A DNA stretch of 64,000 nucleotides from Mobula hypostoma (Eukaryota), in contig NC_086108.1 of NCBI RefSeq assembly GCF_963921235.1, positions 96,908,001-96,972,000 of the forward strand, written 5' to 3'. The notes under the pieces are model-generated. The model worked only from the letters and a program-made list of their open reading frames with translations. It did no database searches and was not told where the DNA came from. Below are positions 1 to 11,689 of this stretch, piece after piece. Position 1 is the first letter of the stretch. Each line of letters starts with the position of its first letter. The translations under genes were made by a program, and so were the position numbers.

Positions 1-447
1 GTGCAGTGCTGCTTGACTTCCAGTCTAGCACGTACCTTGTCTTCCCAGTGCAACCCAATGTCATACACAAATTAATAAAGCCCTTTGTTTTATACACTTT
101 ATACATTGTATATTGCAAGTTGTGTTCAATATAAAAGTAATTGTGAATAAATATTAGGTAATTGTATAACATTAATTTCTGTTTTAAATATCAAGACATT
201 TAATCATTTCATTTATTGTGAATGTTTACCTTGAACATAAGGGGAATTGAAATATTAACCGTTGTCTTTTAGTAAAAAGCTAGAATTCAGCTAAATGCTG
301 GATAAAGATATTAACATACTACTGATCAAATGCAGAAAGTAAAACTATAAAATGGCCTTATTGTAGGTATTTGCAGATTTTCAAAAGTTTTAATTGACTG
401 TAAATGAAACATCAGTTTAAATTATGGCTTTCCATTTTTGTCAAAAG

Positions 448-570
448 GACATCCTGTGAAGTTAAGAACTTGTGTTCATTGTCATGCAACCTTTACAAGT
501 GCAGTTAGCCTGGCAAATCATCTCAGAGTCTATGCAAGAAGAAAGCAAGCTGGAGATCTGACTGGCACTC
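448..570 (+). CDS. ZNF644: ZNF644 internal coding exon (123 nt, phase 1-1), degenerate C2H2 finger
   Basis: Acceptor ttttgtcaaaag|GA at 447/448 and donor C|gtaagt at 570/571. Encodes (G)HPVKLRTCVHCHATFTSAVSLANHLRVYARRKQAGDLTGT, which matches the ZNF644 segment I recall (PVKLRTCVHCNTTFTSAVSLSNHLRAYARKK). Splices in frame to the exon at 2345. Confidence 0.92.
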
Positions 571-1003
571 GTAAGTTTTCTTTATTTACTTTTTTAATGT
601 TCTTTGCGTGGGCTTTAAATCGCATGTAAAATATTTTAGGTGCATAAATTACTGAGCCCTTGCCTTTTAACATCTTAAGTACTTAACTGTGATATTTTTA
701 TACAAGCTTGGTGAACAGTGGGTAGACTACTAACCAGCAGTGAGGTTAATACCTCCCACTGTGGTGAATCACCAAAATTGTTAAAGTTGTAGCAGACCCG
801 TGTAACTGATATGAGGAATCCTCTGTGTTAAACTCAGGCATACAGGTAGTGTTGGATAAAGGACTTGAACCAACTTTAGTTCATGATCCAACATAAATAT
901 GAAACTTCACAACAGGAATTCTGCAGATGCTGGAAATTTAAGCAACACACATCAAAGTTGCTGGTGAACGCAGCAGGCCAAGCAGCATCTATAGGAAGAG
1001 GCG

Positions 1004-1039
1004 CAGTCGACGTTTCAGGCCGAGACCTTTCGTCAGGAC
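1004..1039 (-). ncRNA. Minimal hammerhead ribozyme motif (Penelope type)
   Basis: Minus strand reads GUC-CUGACGA-AAGGUCUCGGCCU-GAAA-CGUC-GACUG: conserved core boxes, stem II AGG/CCU, stem I GUC/GAC, GUC cleavage triplet. Confidence 0.7.
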
Positions 1040-1040
1040 G

Positions 1041-1076
1041 GTCCTGACGAAGGGTCTCGGCCTGAAACATCGACTG
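1041..1076 (+). ncRNA. Minimal hammerhead ribozyme motif, sense to the ZNF644 pre-mRNA (variant)
   Basis: GUC-CUGACGA-AGGGUCUCGGCCU-GAAA-CAUC-GACUG. A G>A change converts GAAACGUC to GAAACAUC. Confidence 0.55.
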
Positions 1077-2344
1077 CGCCTCTTCCTATAGATGCTGCTT
1101 GGCCTGCTGCGTTCACCAGCAACTTTGATGTGTGTTGCTTAAATATGAAACTTTCCTGATGTCATTTTACAGGCCAGTGCACATAGTTTGCTGAAAAATT
1201 TACGGCTAAGATCTCTCACAAATCTGTGATTCTGTAAATAAGAATGTTTCAGCTTGACCCTGTGACTCCATTGATCTACTTAACAGGAAAATGGATGATT
1301 GTAACTCTAATACAAACCTTGCAAATTTTGGTAGTTGTGCTCAAATTCATATGTTGCATTAGTTATTGTGTTTTCAGTTATGAGATTTAATGAACACTAG
1401 TTTGTTTTTGAGATAGCTCATGAAACAGCACACTAATAATTAGAAACAGAAATGTATTGGGAACCAGTCAAATATGGGTAACAGAACCTTCAGATATATG
1501 GTTAAATTAGGGGTTTTAACTTCAATAATTATTTTAGTGGTTTATTCTATAACAGTACAGTGACATAATTGCATCTGTTCAGACTGCTTGTGCAGACTGA
1601 TGATTCTTTCATTGTGAATAACAAGGTTATTTAAATTTTTAATTGATTCTTTCTCTAGTCTTAAGATTTGCATTTTTTTAAAATATACTTGGAGTAATGT
1701 AATTAAATTGAGAGAAACACACTGTACAATTGTAGTGGCATGATCAGTATTGCTTTCACGATAAGTTTGGCTTCACCTACCAATTTGTCTCCCCTGCTGG
1801 AAGCAGGGCGACCCATGTTGTAGTATGACCTCTGGTTAATGACGGGTCAGTGGTGGTGATGGTATACCTTGTTCTAATTTCTTAATGTACAAAATAAGTC
1901 ATAGCAGGTAGTTTCTTGTTGTGCATTGTCACAATTAAGGCCGACATCTTCCAGACCTGTAGACTTCCCAATAGTAACAAGTAGATCACTCATTTCTTCC
2001 ATCCTATGAAGCCAGTGGAGTGACTTGTTGCACTGACTCCAATCTAGCTGGCACTTTCTGGGACTTAATACATGAGAAATCAATTCTGAACCCATAAGTA
2101 TGGTCCATTACCTCAAGTAGTGTGTGTTTGCTCTCAAAGCAGAGAAACAAAGGTATTGCTGAAATGAATAATAGAAATGAGAATTTTGTAGGTACAGCTA
2201 AATATTTTGTAATTGTGCAAATTTGGTGATAAATGGATTCCTCGAGTGTTTCTGATGATCTTGTAATCAGGCTAAATGTAAAGTTTAAGTTAGTTGCTGT
2301 TTGCAAGAGAAATGAAACCTATTCCTAAAGCTATATTTTTCCAG

Positions 2345-2447
2345 CTTTTGACTGCAAGCAAAAGAGGTCACGATCACGGTCTGGGACCAAAAAGAAGTCT
2401 TCCCTGTTTGTTCCATCTCTTGATGATGCTTATGTACTCAAGTGCAG
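2345..2447 (+). CDS. ZNF644: ZNF644 penultimate coding exon (103 nt)
   Basis: Acceptor tatttttccag| and donor AG|gtaagg. Encodes (P)FDCKQKRSRSRSGTKKKSSLFVPSLDDAYVLKC(R), similar to ZNF644 DCKQKKSRSRSGSKKK...DEVYILRCR. This is not the frame shown in the ORF track. Confidence 0.95.
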
Positions 2448-2751
2448 GTAAGGAACTTGATTGCAGGTGCAGAACTTCATTGCAAGTGCATTTCAGTTTA
2501 TGTTGTAGATTAAAATAATTTGTACATCCATAATAATGCTGAATAGAGATTTAAGGATTGCTTTAGATTAAACATATCTAGTTTTGTAAAGTATTTTAAA
2601 TAATGGCTAGCATTTTCAGTTACGTGCAATTTTCCCTGAATCTTACTGGATATTAATTTGTGGTCTTAGATTTTTAAAAAAGTCATAGCAATAGAAACAT
2701 CAACATGAATGCTAGATTAATCAGAATTGTGCTTTTGTTACTTACCTCCAG

Positions 2752-2944
2752 GTTCTGTGATCTGGTCTTCCGAGGTCCACTTTCTGTCCAAGAAGATTGG
2801 ATCAAGCACTTGCAGCGGCATGTTGTTAATGCAAATCTTCCTCGCACTGGTGCTGGAATGGTAGAAATTTCACTGCCATCAAAAGAAAATTTCCCAGTAA
2901 CTGAATCATCGTTTTCTTTATTAATGGCACAGACAGCTTCCTAA
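2752..2944 (+). CDS. ZNF644: ZNF644 terminal coding exon, WIZ/ZNF644-type C-terminal zinc finger
   Basis: Acceptor cttacctccag|G. Encodes [39 protein letters not shown]...[12 protein letters not shown] with stop TAA at 2942-2944. Near-identical to the ZNF644 C-terminus. Confidence 0.97.
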
Positions 2945-3518
2945 AATTATCTGATAATGATGAATTAATCTGCTGTAAATTTGATCTGGTGTTTTTCTAT
3001 TAGCACCTAGTAAAAGTGCATTCTATTACCCATTAGAAGGCTTAATAGATCATTGCAACAATGTAAGCTATTTATAACCTTAAAATGATTTGAAAGTGCT
3101 TGATTTTGTTAAAAGCTCAAATAATTATACATATATTCAAAAATATAATTCAATAATTAGATCACCAGCCAATCAGCATGAAGAATCCTGTTTCTAGATT
3201 TGCCGCAATTTGGACAAAGCTGTAGATACAATGAAGAAGGTAGTTTACAATAGCTAGTGCTAGATATTAGCATAAGCAGCAAGTCAGATGTTTCCCTAAT
3301 CATTTCGGAAAGATAGTCCTTTTGCCTGAGGAACCTTATGGCAGCAGGAAATGAAGCATTCAATTTCACTGACACATTTACGAACACTGTTCTAACTTCC
3401 AATTTAGTAAGGAAGCGACATTCCTGTTTAGCATTGCATGTAACAACTGTGGATAGTTATCTTTGGTTGCAGCAGAAGTGTTTAATTTTAAACAAAAACT
3501 TAAAAATAGCCCCTGCCC

Positions 3519-3568
<50 letters not shown>

Positions 3569-5055
3569 TTTGCAGATGTTCTTGTTTACTTGCAATTTTA
3601 TGAAATGTGTTTTTTTTTACATCAGTACTATACCTTTAAAGTATGAAACATAAACTGTAATACTTGTTTTGTTTTTAATTCCATCCTTGCCTCCCCCCCA
3701 CCCATCCCCATTGCAAAATGCTTGGAGATATACTTACTGTTCCAGCCAGGAGAGCAGAATGTCTTAAGTCCTTCCAGAGTCACTATCTGTGCTGTCCTTT
3801 GTCTGGAGGTATGATTCTAGTGAGGAGAAAATGGTTCTTTTCATTCAAACTGCCACCTGTCAGAGTGTTGGGAATAATAAAAGCTTTCCAAGCATGTGTG
3901 TGACAGTGATCAGCCACTTTAGTATTCATACTTTTAACTTAACAATGATGAGCACGCTCGAGTACAGTTCCCAGGCCGCATTACAAAGTATGGCGATATT
4001 AACACTAGTAATATGTAAAGCATAGTAAGTACAATATTTTTTTCCCATTCAAAAACTCAGAATGCAGCAAAACTAAAAATACACTTCAAGTATGATTCAA
4101 TTTCTGTTCTTTTCCACCAAGCATTTTTCTACTGGACTAAAATCTCAGTATGTTTTTTTTATGTAGCAATCTTATTTGAATACCTTGTTCTCAATTCCTG
4201 ATTTTATTTTCATCAGTTTTGTTGAAATTGAAATCTAGATGGCTGCTCGCTATTATGCAATTGCTTGTACTTTTAGGTCTATACTAATACATTTAACATT
4301 AAGTCAGTAGGAGATTTTCTAGTAGCCAGATCTATTTTGAATATGGCAGTATGTAGATAATAGTTCCCCAAGTCTAGTGATTACTGTATTGCTGTACATT
4401 TTAGCATATTAATTGTTTTAGGATTGTCATGTTCTTAGAAAGGGGCATTTAAATATAATTTTTTTTTCCTGACAAAGGTCAGTATTCACCTTCCTAAGGA
4501 TAACTCAACAAAATGTATGTACTTGTCTTTTACTAGGTTTAGCATGTACATAAATACCAGGTGCATTGCTATGGAGATGGATATTATTGGATTTTATATT
4601 TGTATTTTCTAAAATAGGCTGAAATAGTATTTAACCAGTTGACTTATTTGGAGTAGGTTTACAGGTACTGATTCAATGTAGCTTTTAATTTGCTGAAACT
4701 AAAAGTAACTCCTGCCTAACTTTTTTTGAGCTCCCTGTATTTCATAATTGGATATTGTAAAAGTATATTTTTTCTGTACAATTTTATCTTAATTGTAAAG
4801 GAAAGCATGTTCTTTACAACTCTGAACTCACCTAAGAGATGAGTTTCTTGAAAAATTCACTGTATCTTTTAGGCATTTTTATGCCTGATTACTGTGTATC
4901 CAACAAGAACACTGGTATATGATATTAAGTGCTCAGATGTGATTGTGCACGCTCATATTTGTAAGTAAACTGTGTAAACACTATGTGAAATGTGCTATTA
5001 CTACAAGTCTACTTATCTAGTGGCAGAAATAAAATGTACAGTCATATAATTAACA
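2945..5055 (+). other. ZNF644: ZNF644 3' UTR (approximate 3' end)
   Basis: AU-rich, free of interspersed repeats, running from the stop codon to an AATAAA followed by a GT-rich element. Confidence 0.7.
3525..3566 (+). repeat. (CA)21 microsatellite in the 3' UTR
   Basis: Read directly from the sequence. Confidence 0.98.
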
Positions 5056-5075
5056 CTGGTTTGATGTTTGTGTCC
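5028..5075 (+). terminator. Polyadenylation signal with downstream GU-rich element
   Basis: AATAAA at 5028-5033, then ctggtttgatgtttgtgtcc about 25 nt later. Further AATAAA hexamers near 5115 and 5355 could be alternative sites. Confidence 0.65.
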
Positions 5076-5959
5076 TTATTATCCCACAATTAATTTATTC
5101 AGCCAAATGATATTAATAAATGTGTATCAATTGATACAGAATATTTGCAATAATGGCTGTTAACATTGCTGAACCTCAATTTATAACATGAATATGAATT
5201 ATGTGACTGTGCTCATCTTCTGATTGTGTATTAGTTCATGTTTGTTATTAATTTTACAGTTCTGCTGATTTTCATTGATCTCTGCCAGTTAGTGGACTCT
5301 TTGAGCTGCAGTGTGTTCCACTGAAACTTAATAGAATGAAACAGATGTATTGCTAATAAATACTTCCAAATTTTATGTGCTTCTTTTTACCTGACTGTGA
5401 GGATAAACTTTGCCATGATTTGGAGAAAATAATTATTTCCTTCCATTTACCAGCTAAGCTAAGCATGCAATTCAACTGTGAAGTCTGTATCAACAGTTAC
5501 CTTTAACCCTGTAAATGGAAGCGAGTTTGGGATTAAATACCAGATCTGTCATTTTGCTCTGCTGCTGCACTGATCATGGAATCACTGGGTACTTGTCCAT
5601 ATTGCTGAGATTCTATAGCTATTGCGCTGCTTTGTTCCTTAAGATAGTAGTTCTGTAAATGTTGAAGAAAGGTACAAAACAGCTAATTTTACAGAAGTGC
5701 AAGCTTTTAATGTTTTGATTGTGTTTTAGCTAAGTTTTTTTAAAATTGATACATTTAATTGCTTATTTTCAACAAAAAATGCCATTGCATGTCAGTCATT
5801 TACAAACTATTAGAAATCTCTTAGTTTTTACAACAGCAAGTGTTAGTGGCAGTGGTGAAAACATTCAAGGATGTTTGGAGGATGTGGTTTCCTCTGTGTG
5901 GTTGGAGGCCTTGCACCCAATCATATCTGATGCCCAGGATATTTTGAGCCAACAAGATA

Positions 5960-6405
5960 CAAAGTTCAAAGTAAATTTTATTATCAAAGTACATGTATGT
6001 CACCATATACACACCTGAGATTCATTTTCTTGTGGGCATATTCAATAAATCCATTGAAAAATAACCATAAAATCAATGAAAGACTGCACCGACTAAAGTG
6101 TTCAACCAGTGTGCAAAAGACCCATGAACTGGGCAAATACAAAAAGAAGAAATAATAATAATAATAAATAAGCAAAAGATATGGAGATTGAGATGAAGAG
6201 TTTGGAAAATGAGTCCATTGATAATGGTAATATTTTAATGATAGGGTGTGAAGTTATCCCTCTTGGTTCAAGAGCCTAATGATGGAGGGGTAGTGATCGT
6301 TCCTGATCCAGGTGGTGTGAGTCCTGAGGCTCCTGTACCACCTCCCTGATGGTAGTAGTGAGAAGACAGCATGTTGTAGGTGGTGGGGTCCCTGATAATA
6401 GACAT
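5960..6405 (-). mobile_element. Rex1/Babar-like LINE 3' fragment
   Basis: The tail aaagttcaaagtaaattttattatcaaagtac recurs at 12655-12680, 18645, 34150, 37100-37140 and 47288. Carries remnants of the LLPSGRRYRS-type C-terminal motif. Confidence 0.75.
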
Positions 6406-8799
6406 TCCCTATATTTGACCTAGGTATTTAGTGCAGGTGTCAGGACACTGCTAGCATGAACTGAGTGACAGGTCTAAGTCAATGAGATTTGGTCCATTAT
6501 CTCTTTTTAAATATGATGGACGTAGCTAAAATGAGCTATTTTGCTGTCTTTGGGTTTAAACTGTGATCTTTCACACAATGCTGTATTTTATCCTGATGCT
6601 GTAGTTAGTGTCAATGTATTTGTTATCTTCCATCATATTTTCTGGAAATTTCATTGGAATCGAAGAAGTTGGGAAGTTACTAGTTTGCCTTATTCAGAAT
6701 TTTAAAGGGAGTAGATAATGTACTGTAGATGATGGCCAAATATTTCATTTTGTACAGAACAGGAGAAGCAGAGAACATGACATCTGCCTGAAGGGGGATA
6801 AATTCAAACTAATTTGCAGAAACAATATTACAGTGATTGAGTAGTTAAGTCAGTCCATGAAAAGACTCCCTGGGGAGAATTTTGACTAAATCACTATTGA
6901 TTTAAATGGATTTTTTTTCCAGGAAATAACATTTTGACCACATTGTGCGAATAGTATGAGACATCCACAGATTGGGTGGCATGCTTGAATGAGAAAAGGT
7001 GACTTTCTGTTCCTAACTTTTAAACCGTTCCAATACTAGCATTTTTATCATATAATTTTTTTGAGTTGGTTGTTGACGAATTGAAAAAAACTTTTGAGTA
7101 GTCAACAACTTCATTATTCTCATACAGCTACTGGAATGGCAGAAGAAGGAATAAATGGATCTGCTTGCCTAGAAGGTCTTGTGTCCCTACAAGTTCATAC
7201 CCTTGTCACTGTTAATTAGCAACAACACCACACACAGACCCCAAATTTCAAAAAGAAAATCCTTACCTGGTAATTTTGTATGTATAATGCAAATTATTTA
7301 CTTTAAGTCTACCGAGATGGATGTAATCCTTGGAAGTTCCTTGGGAGTTTTCCTGATCAGATATCGTCAACAGAAGGTTTGAAATGCTGATCTTCCCATG
7401 AAGGTGATCAGAGAAACCTAAAGAAATTCCTTGTAAGAGCTTATTTTAAGTGGGGAAGCCATTTGCCTGGAATTACTGTTTTAAGAGCTTTAATTGGAAT
7501 GATGTTTGACATAAAAAGTATTTCAAGGGGTATATTCTTAAAAATAATCACCAGAGTCAAGGGAATCTAATAGTTCATAGGGAAGAGAGTGGTATTCCTT
7601 GCAGATTTCCTGGCTAAATACTTCCTCTTTTATTGTTGGGGTCAGGAAGGCTTTTACATTAATATATAAATTCTCCGCATTTCTGCTTTCATTTGTGTTC
7701 AGCCTGGAACTGCAAAAAAAAATTGAATTTTAATTATTAGGAAAATGGATTTGGTGATCAATGCTTTGATGGTGGAGAATTTAAATCATTAGCTTTAAAG
7801 AAAGTAATTATATTAATGGTGCAGTGGTTCTCAACAGCAACTTTGTGAATTTTGTATGGAAATTTAAGTGATCATTTAATTTTAGCGTCCATTTGAAGCA
7901 GCATTATTAAGGAGCTATCAACAATCTTGTAGATCACTCTGGGCAATTTCAGTGGTCTAATCAGGATCCAGATATAATTATATATTGGATTGTGTTGGCA
8001 CCAAAATTACAGCTTTTTTTAAAGCCTACTGAATCAAAGAAATTGGAGACAAATAAACCTAAGTGTAAAAGAAAAAAAAGCATGACAAAAAAAGGTGCAA
8101 ATGCAAATAAAGATGAAGCTTTATTGTAAGGCTGGTGAATTGTAACAGCATGAAATACTTTTACCAAAGTTCTTTCAGAGAAATTAGTGTGGTTTATTGA
8201 AGGCTTTTGCACTGTGTGTAAATCTTCAGTCCTGTTGTCCTGCTTGATCACAAAGGAATGTAGAGCAAACAGTGGACCTCAATGATCAGTAATTTAACGA
8301 GTAGAATTGAGGGGAATACAGATTTAATACTATTCTGTTATTATTAATGTCCTGTGTGCTTTGGATTTTAATAACTTTTTAGGTAACCACACCAAACTTA
8401 GACACTGCTAAAGCTATTTTGGGATGATAAGATTTAAAGATTAGCTTTATTTGTCACATAAACATCAAAACATACAGTGAAATGAGTCGTTTACGTTAAT
8501 GACAAATTCCTTCTAAAAATGACCATTGCTATGATTTAGATTTAGAGTTTAAGTGTGATCATTTTTTCAACTTGCTATTGGTCCTGGATGTTTGAGATGT
8601 GTAGGCTTGACCGTTTATTTTGTGTAGGCTCTCTGTTGGAACTCTGATTCAGAATATTGAGGGTCAAGTTCCAGTCCAGCAAATTTAAGTAATAATTTGT
8701 TTTGCCACTTTCACTACAGGGCCATGTTGCTGGAATTGCCATCTTTAAGAAAAATTATTAGTCTGGGTCTTTATTGGTTCTTTCCTGTGGGTGAATAAG

Positions 8800-9355
8800 A
8801 TCCTTGGTAATCATCTCATGATTGACTGTTCGGTGATGTGAAGACCAATAACTGCAAACAGAGGCAAAGTTATCAAAGACAGGGGGAGCCTGCTGCCACT
8901 GGAAGAAGATGTTGAAGAGTTTCTAAGTGTTCTTAACCCCATTCTACAGCTAACGGTCCTGAACAGTCCTATCACAATCCCTGAATGGCAAGATTGTACA
9001 TAAACTGAGAAGCAACAAAGCCAAGAGAACAGATGGTATCCCTGATGAAGTTCTAAAACTTGGAGATGGACTTGAGACACAAATTCAGAAGCTCATTCCT
9101 GGGAAGAGAACAAATGATGGACTTCAGAGACACTGTAATTGTGACATCAAGAATCAATTCTGATTCAATAACTACATAGGAATCTCTGTATCTCTCTTTG
9201 CTACAAGGAAAGTCATTGCCAGGGTTCTCCTCTGCCTCCTGTACCCATTGGCCAAAGAGCTGCTCCCTGAATTGAAGTGCCTATTCTGTCCTTCATGAGG
9301 CACAGAGTTCATGATCTTCACTGTGCGATATCTCCATGAAAAATGCAGGGGAGAA
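8800..9355 (+). mobile_element. Decayed RTE-clade LINE reverse-transcriptase fragment
   Basis: Frameshifted remnants resembling NYRGISLL..GKVIARVLL..LLPE.QC.F...RGT..MIFTVR..EKC (aactacatagggaatctc...ggaaagtcattgccagggttctcctc...atgatcttcactgtgcga...gaaaaatgcag). Confidence 0.65.
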
Positions 9356-9759
9356 GGATATAAGTAAGTATAATAAACCGCCATGAAATGAAAAGCATGG
9401 CCTGAAAGTATAACAAAGAAAATGTTGCGTTAACAGGCAGTGCATGTTGTATGCAAGAGTTCAATATATTATTAATAACTTGCCTGGAGCATTGCTCATG
9501 GACAATTGATCAATATGATATTCATTTGTATACAACATAGTAAGTGCTGGGAGGAAGACTTCAGAACTCCCTTCACAGAAGGTGGCCAAAGCCTGCAATC
9601 ACAGTATAAGCATTAACACAGGAAAAAAAAATTAATGGATATTGTAGGTGAAAATGTGCAATCACAAACCAGTTCAGCTGCCATTGAGGTTTTATGCCTG
9701 AAAAAAATGCTTGAAAGCTTGTCAAACCATATTCAATGCTTACAAACTTGTCAAACTAT

Positions 9760-10265
9760 GTGCACAATTGCCACTTTATTAGGTACCTCCTGGGCGTATT
9801 TCTGTGTGTTCATGGTCTTCTGCTTCTGTAGTCTACCTGTTTCAAAGTTTGGCATTACTTTTCCAACGCGTGGCTATCTGAGTTGTCTTCCTGTCAGCCT
9901 GAACCAGTCTAGCCATTCTTCCCTAAGCTCTCTCATTAACAAGATGTTTTTACCCAGAGAACAGCTGCCCACTGGATGATTTTTGATTTTTGCACCATTC
10001 TCTAAACTCTAGAGACTGTTGTGCATGAAAAGTCCAGGTTATCAGCAGTTTCTGTGATACTCAAGCCACTCAATCTGGGACCAGTCATTATTCCACAGTC
10101 CAAGTCACTTGCATCACATTTTTTACCAATTCTGATGTTTGGTCTGAACAACAACCGAACCTCTTAACCAAGTCTGCATGCATTTATGCTTTGAGTTGCA
10201 AATGATTGTCTGATTAGATAATGGCATTAACGAGCAGGTGTACCTAATAAAGTGGCCACTGAGTG
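9760..10265 (-). mobile_element. Non-autonomous Tc1-like DNA transposon, copy 1
   Basis: TIRs gccactttattaggtac ... gtacctaataaagtggccactgagtg followed by TA. The minus strand carries a decayed Tc1 transposase N-terminus. Confidence 0.85.
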
Positions 10266-10996
10266 TAGGTTTTTTTCCCACTTTTTATACTGCAGTATAT
10301 TTCTACACAAAAATAGAATTGACAAATATTTGGTCAGTTCAATTTGATACTAAATTTTCAGATGCATTATGTTGAATCTATCTTTAACTTATTTAAGAGT
10401 GTTTGCCAATACTTGATTTGACGTCATCTTAGAAATACTGCTTCAGGGTTACATTAAGGCATAATAAAGAGTAATTAGCCTGTTTTTACAATATTGACTT
10501 AACTGTGTTGTGTGATATCCTCTGGACTTGATGTGAAACATCGCACTGTCAATAACATTTTCTTGCAATTGGCCATCATGTTACTAGATCTATAAATCTG
10601 TAAATCTAAGTGACCTGGAAAACCTTCATGAAAAGACAATGCCCTTGCCAGTAACACTATAAAAATTACCATTTTTTGTCTTAGCTGTTTGCAAAGTTAT
10701 TACTGCCCTGTTTATTACTGTGGACTAAATTTGAGTTTGAGAGATTAGAGGAGTGCTGCTTATAATGCATCCTGCAGTGAGACTGCACTGATCTCAAGGG
10801 ATCGTGGACTGATTAAAGTTGTCCTGTGATCAAGGTCACCAGAGAAGATTTTAACAGCAGATTCTGCAAAATGTGGCACCCTACAATCTCACAGAACCTG
10901 AACGTAGGTCGGTATGCTAGTTGATATGAACCTAACATGCTCTGGACCGGTGGTGAGGGGAAAACTTAGGAAATCTTGAGTGATCTTAAATGACAA

Positions 10997-11511
10997 GAGT
11001 GTGTTTGTGGTCTTCTGCTGCTGTAGCCCATTCACTTCAAGGTTTGATGTGTTGTTCATTCAGAGATGCTCTTCTGCACACCATTGTTGTAATGCATGGT
11101 TATTTGAGTTACTGTCGTTCTCCTGTCAGCTTGAACAAGCCTACCCTTTCTCCTCAGACTCTCTCATTAACAAGGTGTTTTTGCCCAGAGAACTGCCACT
11201 CACTGGATGTTGTTTTTTTTTTTTTTGCAACATTCTCTGAAAATTCTAGGGACAGTTGTGCATGAGAATCCCAGGATATCAGCAGTTTCTGAGATATTGA
11301 AACCACTCTGGCACTAATGATCATATCCGCAGTCAAAGTCTTTTAGATCACATTTCTTTCCCATTCTGATATTTGGTCTGAACAACAACTGAACTTCTAA
11401 AACATGTCTGCGTGCTTTTATGCATTGAGTTGCTGCCACATGATTAGCTGATTAGATATTTGCATTAACAAGCCCATGTTCAGATATACCTAATAAAGTG
11501 GCTACTGAGTG
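10997..11511 (-). mobile_element. Non-autonomous Tc1-like DNA transposon, copy 2 (left TIR missing)
   Basis: Right TIR tacctaataaagtggctactgagtg+TA. Peptide remnant KKTTSSEWQFSGQKHLVNER, typical of the Tc1 HTH region. Confidence 0.85.
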
Positions 11512-11689
11512 TACATGAGAGCAGAATGGGAAGAAATACGTAATTAAAGTTCAACTTCTGTATCTAAATCCCAATCATTTTGTACAATTTCAAGGAAGGT
11601 TATAAGGATCAATTAGGACTCTAATAAAATATCAACAACATCTCCGTTCCAGAAGACCTCTGCTTCTCATCTTTCTCATCAGAAACCGG

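Larger units (their letters stand above)
908..1139. mobile_element. Penelope-like element terminus as an inverted (palindromic) insertion with target-site duplication
   Basis: Arms 936-1039 and 1041-1144 are reverse complements with 2 mismatches. Flanked by the direct repeat taaatatgaaactt (894-907, 1140-1153). The sequence matches the 3' terminus of the Penelope copy at 21413-21490. Confidence 0.88.

Noticed and set aside
936..1144. pre-miRNA, CRISPR repeat or terminator interpretation of the hairpin
   Set aside because: The stem is too long and perfect, is TSD-flanked, and is homologous to the Penelope terminus. No spacer array, and the context is eukaryotic.
2294..2518. 74-aa ORF in the track
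   Set aside because: Wrong frame. The real ZNF644 exon (2345-2447) is read in another frame.
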